Source: Octopus vulgaris (lineage: Eukaryota). From it: a DNA stretch of 64,000 bases. The DNA lies in NCBI GenBank assembly GCA_951406725.2, contig OX597815.1, positions 203,112,001 through 203,176,000 of the forward strand. The letters are read 5' to 3'. The first letter of the stretch is position 1. Each line of letters starts with the position of its first letter. Position numbers and translations under genes: made by a program. Positions 26,275 through 38,873 of this stretch are shown here, one piece after another. Below the pieces are notes generated by a model. The model made no database searches. It saw nothing but the letters and a program-made list of their open reading frames with translations, and was not told where the DNA came from.

Positions 26275-28306
26275 AATCTCGGAGGTCCAAAAACGTAACA
26301 AATATTTAGCCACGTACGGACACTATCCGAAAAGTTCAGTTCTTGAATTTAGACATATGGCGGGGTCTAAGCTGCTTTTCCAGATGAACCATGTTTCCAT
26401 ATCACAAAGACCGGACTTTCCGCTGCCGTTGGTGTAGGGCTTAGACTTGGCTAAGATCTTCCAATGGATTTTGCAACTGACACCTTTATATTTTAAGGAC
26501 CGTATATGAGTGGATAATTTAGTCGTTTTCCTTTTATCCCAGTGCCTGAAGCTCAATGTGTGATTATTGAACCTGGTCTTGAAATTAACCTCTGTAAGGC
26601 CCATGTGTTTCTTCGTCGAAACCGTAGATATACAGTCCACGGTGGCTTCATGAATGATGGTCCCGAATATACAAGCTCCATTTAGCGGGCACAAATTTTT
26701 ATCCCTGCATGAACAGCTGGCTTCATATTGTGGTTTTGGTGTGTTGTGTGCAGTTATATTTTTTTAATTAGTAGTTAAGCTAAAACTGATTTTTAAGTTA
26801 TGTCTATTGGAGAGCTTTCTGTAACTATGCTTAACTGGAAAATGTCTATCTATCAGTGCTAAGAAATACTTGCCTATATTGAAGGTCACCTCGGGTGAGT
26901 AGGGTGTGTGAACCAGATAGTTTTCCTATTCCTATGTTTCATCTTCTTTATTATTGGACTGGTGGCAGGTGTATACGTCATTTCCTCGCTAAATCCACTA
27001 TCTTTTAGAGCCTTAATTTACACTGGGGCAACGCTATTAAAAATGTCCCTATCGGAGGAGAGGCTTGAAATTCTTTTGCTAATGTTTTTAACTTTTTAAA
27101 CACCATGGGGGGGCTGACAGGAACCCACATTAATATAAGTCTATCGTTGGGTTTCCTATAATGTTAATAAATATTCTTATTTAGATCTAGGGATATATCT
27201 AGGAAATTGACAACTGTCAGGTTGGTATCTGTAGTTATGCTAAGACCGAAAGTTTTCATCAAATGGATAATTTGATGCGGTTAAAGTGAGGGCATCATCT
27301 TTGTAAATAGCAAAGTATACGTATCGAGTATGAATAGTCCAATAAGATCGCATAGGCCTGCTCCATCATATGATCCCATGCTCACATCGAAAGCACCTTC
27401 TGTATCGGTAATCTTGACCCACTCTGCGTTCTCGCTGAAGAGTAAAGTCTTACCAGCATGTAAGATTATGTCCTTAACCTGTGTACTGATTTCTATGATT
27501 TTGCTAGTGAAGGTGAGGGCTTTATCTAGCAGTTCCTTAGAAATAGACGCATAAAAATCTACAATATCGAATTGCGTGAATCTCGCATTATTCTTATTCT
27601 TAATGGCTTTAAACTAGTCAACGACGTCTATACTATTGGACCATTGTACCAACCTAGTGGCATTCCTGACTTTCGCATTGATTTTTCCTAAAATTTCTTT
27701 ACTAATAATGCCAAGTTCTGATTTAGTTGGGTTAATAAGCCTACATTTAGGATTAGATAGAAAGTTCTTTTTATGGTCTTTGATAGTTATAAGGGCCTCT
27801 TTTTTGGGGAGGACCTCGATTTTTTATCTAATTTAAGTCAGGCGGCGATAATGCTAGCTTCTTTAGTAAATTCGTTAAAGGTTTGCGGCCCTAGCTTTGG
27901 TGTAATTATTGACGATACTGTTTTGTAGAAGTAGTGAATATGTGCTGTTTTCTGCTAGGTATAAGTTCTTAGTTTTATCGGAAAAAGGGCCTTTTTTTTT
28001 GGAACTCTTTATGTAATTGATATCTTTTTTCAGTTTCTGTTGGAAAGTGTTAAAAGACTTACGAAATTTTATTTTGTTAATGAGCTTCAGTAGGTCCGCT
28101 TCGAAGTCTCCCAAGCCTTTGATTCTTGGAGGGAATTTCTTTGATTTAATACCATAGTAGTGTCCTTTTCCATGTTATAAAAGAAAGCTTTCCATCTCAT
28201 GCGCTTAATAAGGTCTGTAATTTTCTCCAAAAGTTTCTTAGAGGATAGTTCCCTTGATGGTATAGGTATGTTTTTTTATAGAATAGTCGATGTTGTAGGC
28301 GTCCAT
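26275..28306 (-). mobile_element. Near full-length Penelope-like element ORF (RT + C-terminal GIY-YIG), probably Naiad-type; pseudogenised
   Basis: ATG at 28306: MDAYNIDYSIK/NIPIP…IKRMRWKAFF; SDKTKNLY; QFDIVDFYAS; FDVSMGSYDGA; IYKDDAL; VNFLDISLDL; CSCRDKNLCPLNGAC; GLTEVNFKTRFNNH…CLNSRTELFG. Frameshifts and stops present. Clade name is from recalled motifs. Confidence 0.88.
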
Positions 28307-28510
28307 ATTGAATTCTTCTGCGGAGCAGAGTCTTCAACCGATTTCTGGCGATTTTCCAAAACAAGCTGTATTGACCCTTATTAGCGCTGTACGGGAGGTA
28401 AGTTATTGACAGAAATGGCAAGACAACAACAGAATGAAAGAGACCTCGATATTATGTAAATAGAGGAATTTATCTGTAAATATAATATGTGACAATTATT
28501 CTGTAGCCAT

Positions 28511-28571
28511 GATAAAACTCCGAGTTTCGGATGTCGGCGCGGAAACCCACGCCGGCATCTCTTCAGTTATC
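28511..28571 (-). ncRNA. Type I hammerhead ribozyme in the 5' pLTR of the Naiad-type PLE
   Basis: GATAA-CTGAAGA-GATGCCGGCGTGG-gttt-CCGCGCCGACATC-C-GAAAC-TC-G-GA-GTT-TTATC; sense to the ORF, about 200 nt upstream of the ATG. Confidence 0.8.
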
Positions 28572-28825
28572 GGGCCATCGAAAAAAATGCTATGAAAATG
28601 ACCGTTAAAACAGAGGGAAATTACCGTGTGATTGACCGTTATTAAGAGAAAAGAGCTATTAGAATGACCGCTAAGAAAGGGGAGGGAGTAAAAGTAAGGG
28701 AGTAAAAATGTTCATAGTAATCGCGTAAGCGCACATACACATGCCTGCCCGCACACCCACGTACATGCGCCAATATGTATATACTCATCCACCTTCACTT
28801 GAAGATACATACATTTGTTATTTTA

Positions 28826-28923
28826 GACCTGAGGAGTGGATATATTTTTAAATTGAATTAATTTTAATTATATCGATTTTATTATTATCAATTTTAAGAT
28901 ATAGTCACGAAACGCGCGTAGTC
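28826..28923 (+). ncRNA. Type I hammerhead ribozyme with long AU-rich stem II; element ends on (TA)n at about 29060
   Basis: GAC-CTGAGGA-GTGGATATATTTT…AAGATATAGTCAC-GAAAC-GCGC-GTA-GTC. Confidence 0.75.
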
Positions 28924-29809
28924 AATTTAATGTTTATTTAATTTAATGATTTTTAGAATATTTATCATAATATATTAAAATTTTTTCTACATAGTTTAAT
29001 ATAGATAATATCTTCCACAATCAATTGAATTACTTAATAGAGGTTATTCCTCTTAATTATATATATATATATATATGAAGAGATGTATGTGTGTGTGTGT
29101 GTGTGCCTGTGTATGCGTGTGTACAAGATTCTTATGCGCGTGTGTGTGTGTAAGATTATTAATCTTAACGTTCACCTTACCATAAAAACTAAAAGTATAG
29201 GGAAACAGTCAAAACAAAAAGACTCATTATATTTGTCATATAATTTGTAACACTGCTCAAAAATCACCGGAATTTATATTAAAAAGGAAATTTGAAACTA
29301 ATATTCAGAAAACCTGTTTAGAGAAATAATGTAATGATATATAATGATATCTAAATAGAACTAAGTCGAAGCACTCATTGCAATAAATGCAATTATCGAT
29401 CATTCATGAATGTATTTTTACGAACGCTTTAATGAGGGTATTTGTGTTCTTTGGCATACAGTATAATTTACGCATGCATATATTTTTATCAACGCCTGAC
29501 TACATAAACATTTTAGTGTCTATAGAAGACACATAATATATTTGTATTATATCATATGAAGCATCTACTTGTTTTCCCTTCAAATTGTAATATCATGGCT
29601 CTGAACATTTTTCTCTCTTCATTTTTATTGAATTGTCAGCTAAACCTTGTGTGCAAATGTAATATATTCGTTATAAACGTAAACAACTTAAGTGCTTTAC
29701 TACCACCACCACCACACACATTTACACATACAGAAATATATCCAGGTATATATATATATATATGTATATATGTGTGTGTGTAAATAAATATATATATATA
29801 TATATATTG

Positions 29810-30029
29810 CTTTCAAAATGTGACCTCCTGTGTACCGCTGGCGACTTTTTTTCCTCTGCTTTCCCTTCTCTGGATCTTTCCTTCTCCTATGTCTCCGGTC
29901 TCCGAGGAAGAGCTCTGCTCGAAACGTTAAACCCTCCTTCTTTCCTTCTTTCCTGAGCGTCCAATAATACTATATTTGTTCCACGTCCTCGCATTGTTGT
30001 GTTTTTTTTGCGCTTTCTTGTTTGGATTA

Positions 30030-30033
<4 letters not shown>
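29810..30033 (+). mobile_element. Solo pLTR-like fragment between (TA)n tracts with a minimal HHR variant (29898-29932)
   Basis: GTCT-CCGAGGA-A-GAGC-tct-GCTC-GAAAC-GTT-AAAC. The tail matches 15297-15407, which is attached to the Poseidon-type PLE. Confidence 0.7.
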
Positions 30034-30099
<66 letters not shown>

Positions 30100-30189
30100 C
30101 ATACATATGTATGTATGCATGTATGTATAAACGAATATATACGTACACATGAATAAATACATATATGATCAGAATTCATCCAAGGCTGG

Positions 30190-30498
30190 GTTTATATGTC
30201 GTACGTCTCCTACACAATTCAGGCTCACAGCACATGAATTCACTGCAATATAAATTCCTCAAGAGGCCCGGCTCTATTTAAGATCCCAAAACAAATCAAA
30301 GAAGAAAAAGGTCCCGTTACCCTCAAACGAAACCTGAAGAAATTTCTTTAAGAGATACCAGTTAAGCCACCTATATCTGGATACATGTTAGTCAACAACT
30401 CCCTACTTGAATGGGCCATGTTACCACAAAAATTTACTCCAAAAATGTCTATTAAGTTAGACATGGCCAGCGGCTGGCCGAAACATAAGTTAAGTAAA
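30190..30498 (+). mobile_element. 3' end of a CR1/L2-type LINE related to the 16344 element
   Basis: Similar to 15560-15915, e.g. CTATTAAGTTAG(A/G)CATG…CCGAA. Confidence 0.65.
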
Positions 30499-31254
30499 TA
30501 TGTGTGTGTGTGCGTCAGTGTGTGTGTCTATGTGTATGAAACTCCTCAGATTAATGTAAACGAGGGAGGCAACATAAAGAACAATCCCTTCATCAGTTGT
30601 CTCCTGTTTTATCTACTCTGCGTTTCGAACGTTTGGACAAGACGCGACTTCGTTAAAGCAGTCACTCCCGCAAAGCAAATTAAATAAAATTTGGGATTTG
30701 CAGTGGGCTAAAGTGGTAACAAAAACAGGGCAGTAAGAACAAGACAGTAAAAACAAACGGTAAAGACTGTTTCTCCCTCTATTATTCTTCATTCTTTTCT
30801 TTCTGTTTTCTTCTTCCCTTCACCGTTCTCGTTCTCTCCCTCTCTCTCCCTCACTATTCCTCCTTGACTCTGACGTTTCTCACACATGACCAGCGGCTAC
30901 CTTCGTTTTTCTCTCTTGCTTTACAGGAGGCAAGACACGCTTTTGTCTGTCTCCTGTCAAAGCTCGTTGATCCAACGTTCACCACTTTACCTCGTTATGG
31001 CTTAACAACACTTACCGTTTGTTTATGTATTTGTTTTGCAAGAAAATGGACTAAATAAAACAGGATGGAGAGTCATTGAAGAAGTGACAGAATAACTGAC
31101 GTAACATTTCCAGACAATGAACATAAAATAAGAATAGTGATAAACAAGTGAAAAATTAATATATAATGCATGTGCTTATCTGGCAAGGAAAAAAATGACC
31201 ATCCTGAAATATAACAATATATATAACACTATATATATATATATATGCACGAGA

Positions 31255-31488
31255 AGGCAGCGAGCTGGCAGAAACGTTAGCACGCCGGGCGAAATGCGTT
31301 GCCGTATTTCGTCTGCCGTTACGTTGTGAGTTCAAATTCCACCGAGGTCGACTTTGCCTTTCAACCTTCCGGGGTTGATAAATTAAGTACCAGTTACGCA
31401 CTGGGGTCGATGTAATCGACTTAATCCGTTTGTATGTCCTTGTTTGTCTCCTCTGTGTTTAGACTATTGTGGGTAGTAAAGAAAAAAA
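31255..31488 (+). mobile_element. SINE family C with TSD ATATATATATGCACG
   Basis: Full head and body; the TSD is visible on both sides. Confidence 0.9.
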
Positions 31489-32001
31489 TATATATATATG
31501 CACGTTTTTTTGTGTATGCATAAGTGTGACTGTGTTTTCGGACTTTGTTTAAGCACTTGCATTTGCGGAATTCAAACCGGTCCTTAGCAATGTGCCATAG
31601 GTCATTTTATGACAAACCAACTCTATGTATGCATGGATGTATATAAATGTATATTTATAATGACGTGTAGATAAATGGGTACATCTAAATGTATTTTCCT
31701 AGTTTTGCAAGTGGTCGTTCGCTGACTAATGACTTCCTAAGGTAAATTTTGATAGCTACCTTGTTTCATTTGTCGATGTCTAATTACTTGTCAGATTGTC
31801 GACTTTTGTTAAAGCTAACCATAAACTATTGAAATAGTTTAATGAATATGCTGTGCCTATTAATTTGAAACGATATCTTTCTTCGTGGATTGTATGGGTC
31901 TAATTTGGGTATCACATTTCCTTTTCTTTTAGAAATTGGTTGCATGGTTCAAAATACATAGTGCAATCATTTTATAGAATAAATTGTTGTTGTTGTTATT
32001 T

Positions 32002-32002
<1 letters not shown>

Positions 32003-32034
<32 letters not shown>

Positions 32035-32053
32035 CAGCAGCAGCAGCAGCACC

Positions 32054-32091
<38 letters not shown>

Positions 32092-32152
32092 CAGCAGCAG
32101 CAGTAGTAGTAGTGGCAGCAGCAGCAGCAGTAGTAGTAGTAGCAGTAGCAGC

Positions 32153-32187
<35 letters not shown>

Positions 32188-32219
32188 AAGCAGCAGCAGC
32201 AACAGCAGCAGCAAGTAGT
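32003..32219. repeat. (AGT)n/(AGC)n trinucleotide microsatellite
   Basis: Directly visible. Confidence 0.97.
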
Positions 32220-35200
32220 AATTATTCTACTACTATTACTGCTGCTACTACCATCAATGTTCATTATCGATGCTAAATGAGAATTAAGGGTCCGTAAGCC
32301 CGTGTTCTGTTCCTTTTCAGAAGTTTAATCTTGTTAAACCGACCAGGGCTATGGGCGACCGAACGTTTCGTTTTCTTACTCTCCTCACGTGACAAAATGT
32401 GGAAAACAAGTCGTCAATAAAAGCAATAACTTTCCAGGAGTATTTCCACGCTTCTTGTCTTTGCTGGCTAAAAAGCAAAACAAATGTGTAGGGTGAATGT
32501 ATTCGTGAAATTGTGGCTCATAGTCTAAACCTCTCACTACATGTTCTACTGTAGACTAGTAAGGAAATCATTATTGCTGTTGTTGTAGCTGCTTCTTTTG
32601 TTGCTGTTTGTTGTTATTGCAGTTGTTCTTATTGTTAACTGCTTAAAAAGAAGAGATGGGTCGTCAAACTGCTTCAAGAGGGTTGGACGTTTTCCAGGTT
32701 TACTGCATAAAATGCTCGCTTTTTGTACAATATTAAACAGAAATTTCCGAATGTCTGGACGTTTACCCGAATGCCTAAGACAGACCAAAATGTATGTTTT
32801 TGAACGTTTATCTATATTTTGTATGTTTACATACATTTTCATTTATGTCAATATGATTTCCCTTTCCAGGAGAACAGGAAACGTTTCTATGTAATAATGA
32901 ACATAACAACACAGAGTACAATGAGATGAAAAACAAAACTAATTCAATTAAACCGACAGACATATGTACTTGATTACCGATGAAAAAAAATAAAGATCTT
33001 TAACTAATAAAAATATTTTTTCCTAATGATACAATGGAAACTATCATCCACAAGAGCAACGAAATTCATTTCTTAGCTTCACTAGTCAAGCAGATACTGG
33101 CAGCAGACATTGCTCAACTGCATGTTAATGGTATGTCAGTGATGTGAGTGGTTTCTTTCTGAGCTGTTTTATTCAAGAACGGACAAGGTGGCAGTCGGCA
33201 GCATCTCTGCTTCGCAAACAAAGAGATTTTCCTACGGCGCTCTAGAAAGACCTGTTGTTGGAAGACTGAGCTGATACATGGAAGCATGTTTTTACCTTAA
33301 TCGACTTAGAGCATATGGAGGTGTGTATCTGGTTCCTATAACTAAAGACAAGGTGAGAAAACAGGCAAACCTAGTGCATCACACACCTGTCCATAAACTG
33401 ATCTTCCACTAGATATGGAAATGCAACACGAGAGTCAAGGTGAGACATTGGCAACGCTCATCTTTTGTTTCATTTTTACCTTCATGGCACAAAACTAAGT
33501 TAACCAAAAATTACACGCGGACAGGCAACACGTCTATAAGGACATTTTAAGTCTTTATGTCCGTATGGAGACTTCGAAGTTACCACTGGGGAGGAAGAAA
33601 TAAATGGTATAAGCTAGTAGTACAAGGCAGAGACCTATCTGTTAGACGTATGGCAATAATAATTATTTGAGTGCTTTCTACATAGAGAAGCCAGAAAGGC
33701 CAAGAAAGACAGAAAGTAACAGCACAGGCAGCAGTAATGAATATTTTGGATCATAGAATCTACCAATTGTATACCTCTACCAATCGAATCTCTTGTTGTT
33801 TAGAGGATAACAAAAAAGAACAATCTCATCATTAATGTTTGGTGGTAAGGGTTCTCCTCCACAATCGTCATAACCAGCAGTATTATTCCATCATCATGCG
33901 ACAATGGGGAGGGCATATCAGGAAGATGTGCCTTCGGAAACAGTGAAAATAAATAGAAACAGAGTACGTGAAAAAGCGATATGGCCAGAATTATGTAGTG
34001 TACTCTTCAAATCCCAGTGGTGGCTCCACATGTGTGAAAGCTGTTTACTTGTATTAGTTTTAAAATTAATTTTTAAATTTATATTTCATTTAACTATATA
34101 TCTGTGTGTATATTTATTCATTTGACACACACATATACACATATGTATATATATATGTCTATGTGTTTATATTTATATTGTGTATGCATATTTGTTGTAA
34201 TTAATTAATTAATTAACTGTTATAAAAATATGTCTTCGTACATTGTATATGTTTTCCCTCCACCTAATCTTTATATGACTTTGAATGGACGTACCCACAA
34301 TGTCTCTTTACAACATGTCAAGGCATGTATGAATGGATTATGATAGCAAAATAAACAAAGAATTACTGTTGTTCTTGCTCTGCTTCTTCTTGATAGTGGT
34401 GGTACTATTGTTGGTGTTGTCGTCGTTAATTAAGTCATCGGTGTTGTCGCTAGTGGTGCTATTGGCGGTGTTCTTCTAGTATTCATATTTTTATCGTGTA
34501 CTTCCACAACTAAATCACGCAACTCTATTCGTCTTCGAAACGCTCATTATTCGGTTTTTTTATTCTTTTATATTCTATTGTTTTTAACGCGCTCCACTGA
34601 ATACATTTGCAATGTCTAGTAGTGTTATTAGTATGTTTGTCTTGTATAAGTTCTTGTGTATTTGTTTCTACTGTTAAATATTCACCTATTACTCTGGGAA
34701 GTCTTTGCTATCAATTATCGTATCTGAGTTATCACAATTTCCAGACTCTCGCATTTTATTTTTCTCCGTATTCTTATTTGTATTATATTTTTAGGTGTCT
34801 TTTACTTGTGGTTGTCGCATTTCGATTGATCAGTAGTTTTGAAATATTTTGTATTCGAAATTATAAATCTCTTTTCTACAAGTGAATGTATATTTATTTT
34901 CTTTTAGATCAATTCGACGCTACTTCAATAGCGATTAGTTTTACTGAAGTAGCATTAAGTTAAAAAGGTTATATATATTTACATATTCCAAAGCTAAAAC
35001 TAACTTTATTTTGTAGCTTATGTAGTCAAAAAATGCCGTAAATGATACAATGGAATAACATGTTTATTTGAAACATTTTAGATATAGCAACTTCAATCAA
35101 CATTTTAACTCTTTTTTCTTTTTACCACCCATACGTCAATTGTTTGCCAGAATCCTGGTAATGGCATCAAAAGCACAAGTATCTGAGTTTTGTTATGAAT

Positions 35201-36286
35201 GAAAGAACGAAACACACTTCGGTGAACTTTCACATTAAACAGTGCTTTTTAAACAACATAACTGTCAAGGCGGCCTAATATGTTCAAAGTTGCATTTTGT
35301 TCCTCTTGCGAACACCAAAATATGTAAACTATTTCAACTTTATTCAGTTCTTCACTCACAATAATATCTGAATACATGCTGCTAAGCATTGTTTGTTTCG
35401 GACGGTTTGAGAATCATCCATAATCTGGTGCCCTTCTTCACATTTGTCATAGTTTCTTCTTCCCTTTGCCTCATTAACCTTACAAGCTCTGCAAAGGCAG
35501 ATACAGTCTACCATCACTGACTATGCTATACAACAAAACAGGTTTCTAACTGATATCTTGTATCTTATAGGGAATTGACGCATCAGTTATCGAAATCTTC
35601 ATCCAAGGACTCGTTGTTTGGATTATTTTCCCATACTGGGAAGTTTGGGAATACACGACATTAACTAAGCTGATGTACAGTACATCTACAGTAATGGACT
35701 TGATTTCAATGAGTCAAACCTCGCTGTTTGAATGATTGTTTACATATTAGAGATCTAGATTACCAAAGTTCATCAAGAGCAGTACAAGAGCACTACATCA
35801 GCAACAACAACAACAAATATTGCGACGAGGACTAATACTACTACTTACATTAGTGCCAATTCTTCTACAATTAGTACTACTGATGTTGCTACTACAATTA
35901 CTACTACTACTACAATGTCAAAATACTGAAAAGTTCAATTCAATCACAATAAAATTTTTAATCACAATAAATTCAGTGGCCCTATGATACCTAATAGTTA
36001 CAAGTCAGAGAGAGAGAGAGTAACACAAATGCATAAGTTTTAAGAAACATCTCCTATGATAAGGCATAGAAATAACTGAATTAGGTTCATAGTAAAGTAT
36101 ATTATTCGTATATTCTAAAGTTTTGAAGTTATGTTATAAATAGATAGGTGCAGGCGTGGCTGTGCTATTCCAGGTTAAGCCCCACTGCATGGTACCTTCG
36201 GCAAGTGTTTTCTGCTATAGCCTTGGGTCAACCGAATCCGTGTGAAGGGATTTGAGAGACAAAACGTGGAAGAATTCCGTCATTGT

Positions 36287-36322
<36 letters not shown>

Positions 36323-36334
36323 GCAGCACGGATT

Positions 36335-36384
36335 TTTGCCAGTGAACAGGTCGCGGATTTTAGCGACGAAAATATTTTGACAAA
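36335..36384 (+). ncRNA. Minimal type I hammerhead with compensatory G3:C8 core (GUGAACA)
   Basis: TTTGCCA-GTGAACA-G-GTCGC-ggatttta-GCGAC-GAA-AATATT-T-TGACAAA: stem I 6/7 bp, stem II 5 bp, palindromic stem III. Confidence 0.65.
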
Positions 36385-37049
36385 TTAAACTTAAATGTTG
36401 AAGTGAATCGAACGGCTTTTGTGTGTTTCTTAAATGGCTTATAAACACCTTCCACGCTGCAATTGTTTTCGTTTCAGCACACGATCTCAGATCAAATTAC
36501 TTGCTATGCGAGTACATCTCCGTAATATATAAATATATATATTGATAATAAGGAGAAGGAATAATTTGAACATTCAAACTTTATATTTATTTCCAGTTAG
36601 TTTACTCATATACAAATAACCCAATTGGAAATAAACATGAAGTATGAATGTTCAAATTTTTCACTCTTTGTTATCAATATTGTACTTTACACTTTAAGTA
36701 GCCAAGAAATAAACTGTAAGATAAGATGGGATCTAAACGAAATTTACCAAAGAACGTACTATCTGAAGGAACTCGACTTGCTATTTTACTCCAAGAAATT
36801 CGGTATCTGCCTGGATATTATACCCCGCCTTTTGCTATATATATATAGTTTAAATGTACAGAGAACAAAAGACAAAGATAGGCGAGAGAACAACAAGTGT
36901 TTTAATTTGGAGCTCGGAAGGAAGGGAAAAGTCTTTGACGTTTCGAAACTACGTCCTTCGACAGAAGTGGAGAGAAAGAGAAAAAAATGAGAGAGAAAAA
37001 TGTGTCGGGATTATGTATGTATTTATCTATATGTGTATATGGCTTTATA

Positions 37050-37648
37050 AGGCAGCGAGCTGGAAGAAACGTTAGCGCACCGGGTGAAATGTTTAGCGGT
37101 ATTTCGTCTGCCGTTATGTTCTGAGTTCAAATTCCGCCGAGGTCGAGTTTGCCTTTCATCCTTTCGGGGTCGATAAATTAAGTACCAGTTACGCACTAGG
37201 GTCGATGTAATCGACTTAATCTGTTTGTCTGTCCTTGTTTGTCCCATCTGTGTTTAGCCCCTTGTGGGTAGTAAAGAAATAGGTATTTCGTCTGCCGTTA
37301 CATTCGAGTTCAAATTCCGCCGAGGTCGACTTTGCCTTTCATCCTTTCGGGGTCGATAAATAAAGTACCAGTTTCGCACTGGGGTCAATGTATACGACTT
37401 AATCCCTTTGTCTGTCATTGTTTGTCCCCTCTGTGTTTAGCCCCTTGTGGGTAGTAAAGAAATAGGTATTTCGTCTGCCGTTACATTCGAGTTCAAATTC
37501 CGCCGAGGTCGATTTTGCCATTCATCCTTTCAGGGTCGATAAATAAAGTACCAGTTTCGTACTGGGGTCAATGTAAACGACTTAATCCCTTTGTCTGTCC
37601 TTGTTTGTCCCGTCTATGTTTAGCCTCTTGTGGGTAGTAAAGAAATAT
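37050..37648 (+). mobile_element. SINE family C: one head plus three tandem 183-bp bodies inside a single 20-bp TSD
   Basis: Units restart at 37281 and 37464; TSD ATATGTG(T/C)ATATGGCTTTAT at 37029-37048 and 37649-37668. Confidence 0.9.
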
Positions 37649-37929
37649 ATATGTGCATATGGCTTTATGAATGTGTTTGCCCCACCACCACTTGACAACT
37701 GGTGTTGGTCGTTTACGTAAGCAAGCAGTGCAGTAAAAGCGAACGATAGAATAAATACCAGACTTTTTTTTTAAATGTACTAGGGTCAATTTGTTTCACT
37801 AAACCCTCCAAGGCAGTACTCCAGTATGGCTATAATCTAATGACTGAAATAAATAAAATATAAAAGATATAGTCCCAGATTTCAACTACTGTATGTTAGT
37901 GGATATAATAATTTTACTTACAATTGTTG

Positions 37930-38221
37930 TTTGTTCCTTCTCGATCCACGCCTGGTTCATAGGGCCGGTTTCCCGGTCTCCTTGGCGTATAGGTACCCCA
38001 CCTGGACGGGCTGTCGCAAGTGAGCTGCAAGATGCAGGAGGAAAGAGTGAGAGAAAGTTGTGGCGAAAGAGTCAGTAGACGTTCGCCATTACCTTCTGCC
38101 GGAGCCGCGTAGAGCTTAGGTGTTTCGCTAATAAACACACATATAGCCCGGTCTGAGATTCGAACTCGCGATCCCTCGACCGCGAGTCCACTGCTCTAAC
38201 CACTAGGTCAGGTGCCTCCAC
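37930..38221 (-). mobile_element. SINE with family-A head and centre but a different 3' tail
   Basis: Head and GAGTGAGAGAAAGTTGTGG centre are shared with family A; 37930-38030 is unrelated to the family A tail. Confidence 0.8.
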
Positions 38222-38873
38222 TTTACCGACAATAGCAGTACTTTATGTACTCATCTTTATTCAAATTTTGTTTGTATTGTTCTTCAACCCGACAAAATTT
38301 ATTAAACACAGAATATTTATGATTTCGACTACTTCATAACCTCATTAAGTACAAGTATTAACAAGTCCTAAGGTGTTAGGACTGAATATTTATTTTTAAA
38401 CGTGCAATATTTCAAATTCCAAGGGAACGTTATTCATGTGAGCAATATAAATACTAATTTAGTCTGATTTATTTCAGTCGGTAGCTAGGTTAAAAGGCAG
38501 CGCAAGGCTTTGGAAGTGAAAAATTTCCAGGAAAATCTGTGAAATATTCAAATATGCACAAAGCAAGTCTATTTAAAGGAAATACAATGTTGCGCCATGT
38601 TGCGTTAAATGAGTGCATATGTCAGTGTATGAGCCAATATATTGTATGTATTCCGTTGCTTTGTAAAGGTAAGTCAAACACTAAGCCGTTATTATTGTTA
38701 TTCTACTCAGGTCTTCGCTGGTTGAGAAGATTTATGGCATAATGCACTTCACCAGCGACTATCATTTTCTTTTCTTTTTTTTCTTTTTTCTTTACAGCTA
38801 GGACTACATTATTCAATGCTTCATATCTTGTTGAAGACAGCAGTGTGTGATCTAAAGAGGACTTGGCTAATAT

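Noticed and set aside
26300-26720. Possible selenocysteine recoding in the Naiad-type ORF (reported for some Naiads)
   Set aside because: The Cys positions checked are TGT/TGC, and the in-frame stop at 26323-26325 is TAG, most likely a decayed Lys codon. No SECIS identified by eye.
30560-30665. Minus-strand CTGATGA-AGGGA…TCCCT and a separate TTAACGA…GAAAC
   Set aside because: The first lacks GAAA after the stem; the second has a broken core and stems. At most a decayed pLTR.
31940-32264. Poly-Ser/Leu/Tyr ORFs
   Set aside because: Trinucleotide microsatellite with no flanking coding context.
33030-33800. Moderately GC-rich stretch that might be an exon or an RTE LINE end
   Set aside because: No sustained ORF and only vague motif resemblance.
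37050-37648. Regularly spaced repeats suggestive of a CRISPR array
   Set aside because: Whole 183-bp units repeat with no unique spacers; eukaryotic SINE context and no cas genes.
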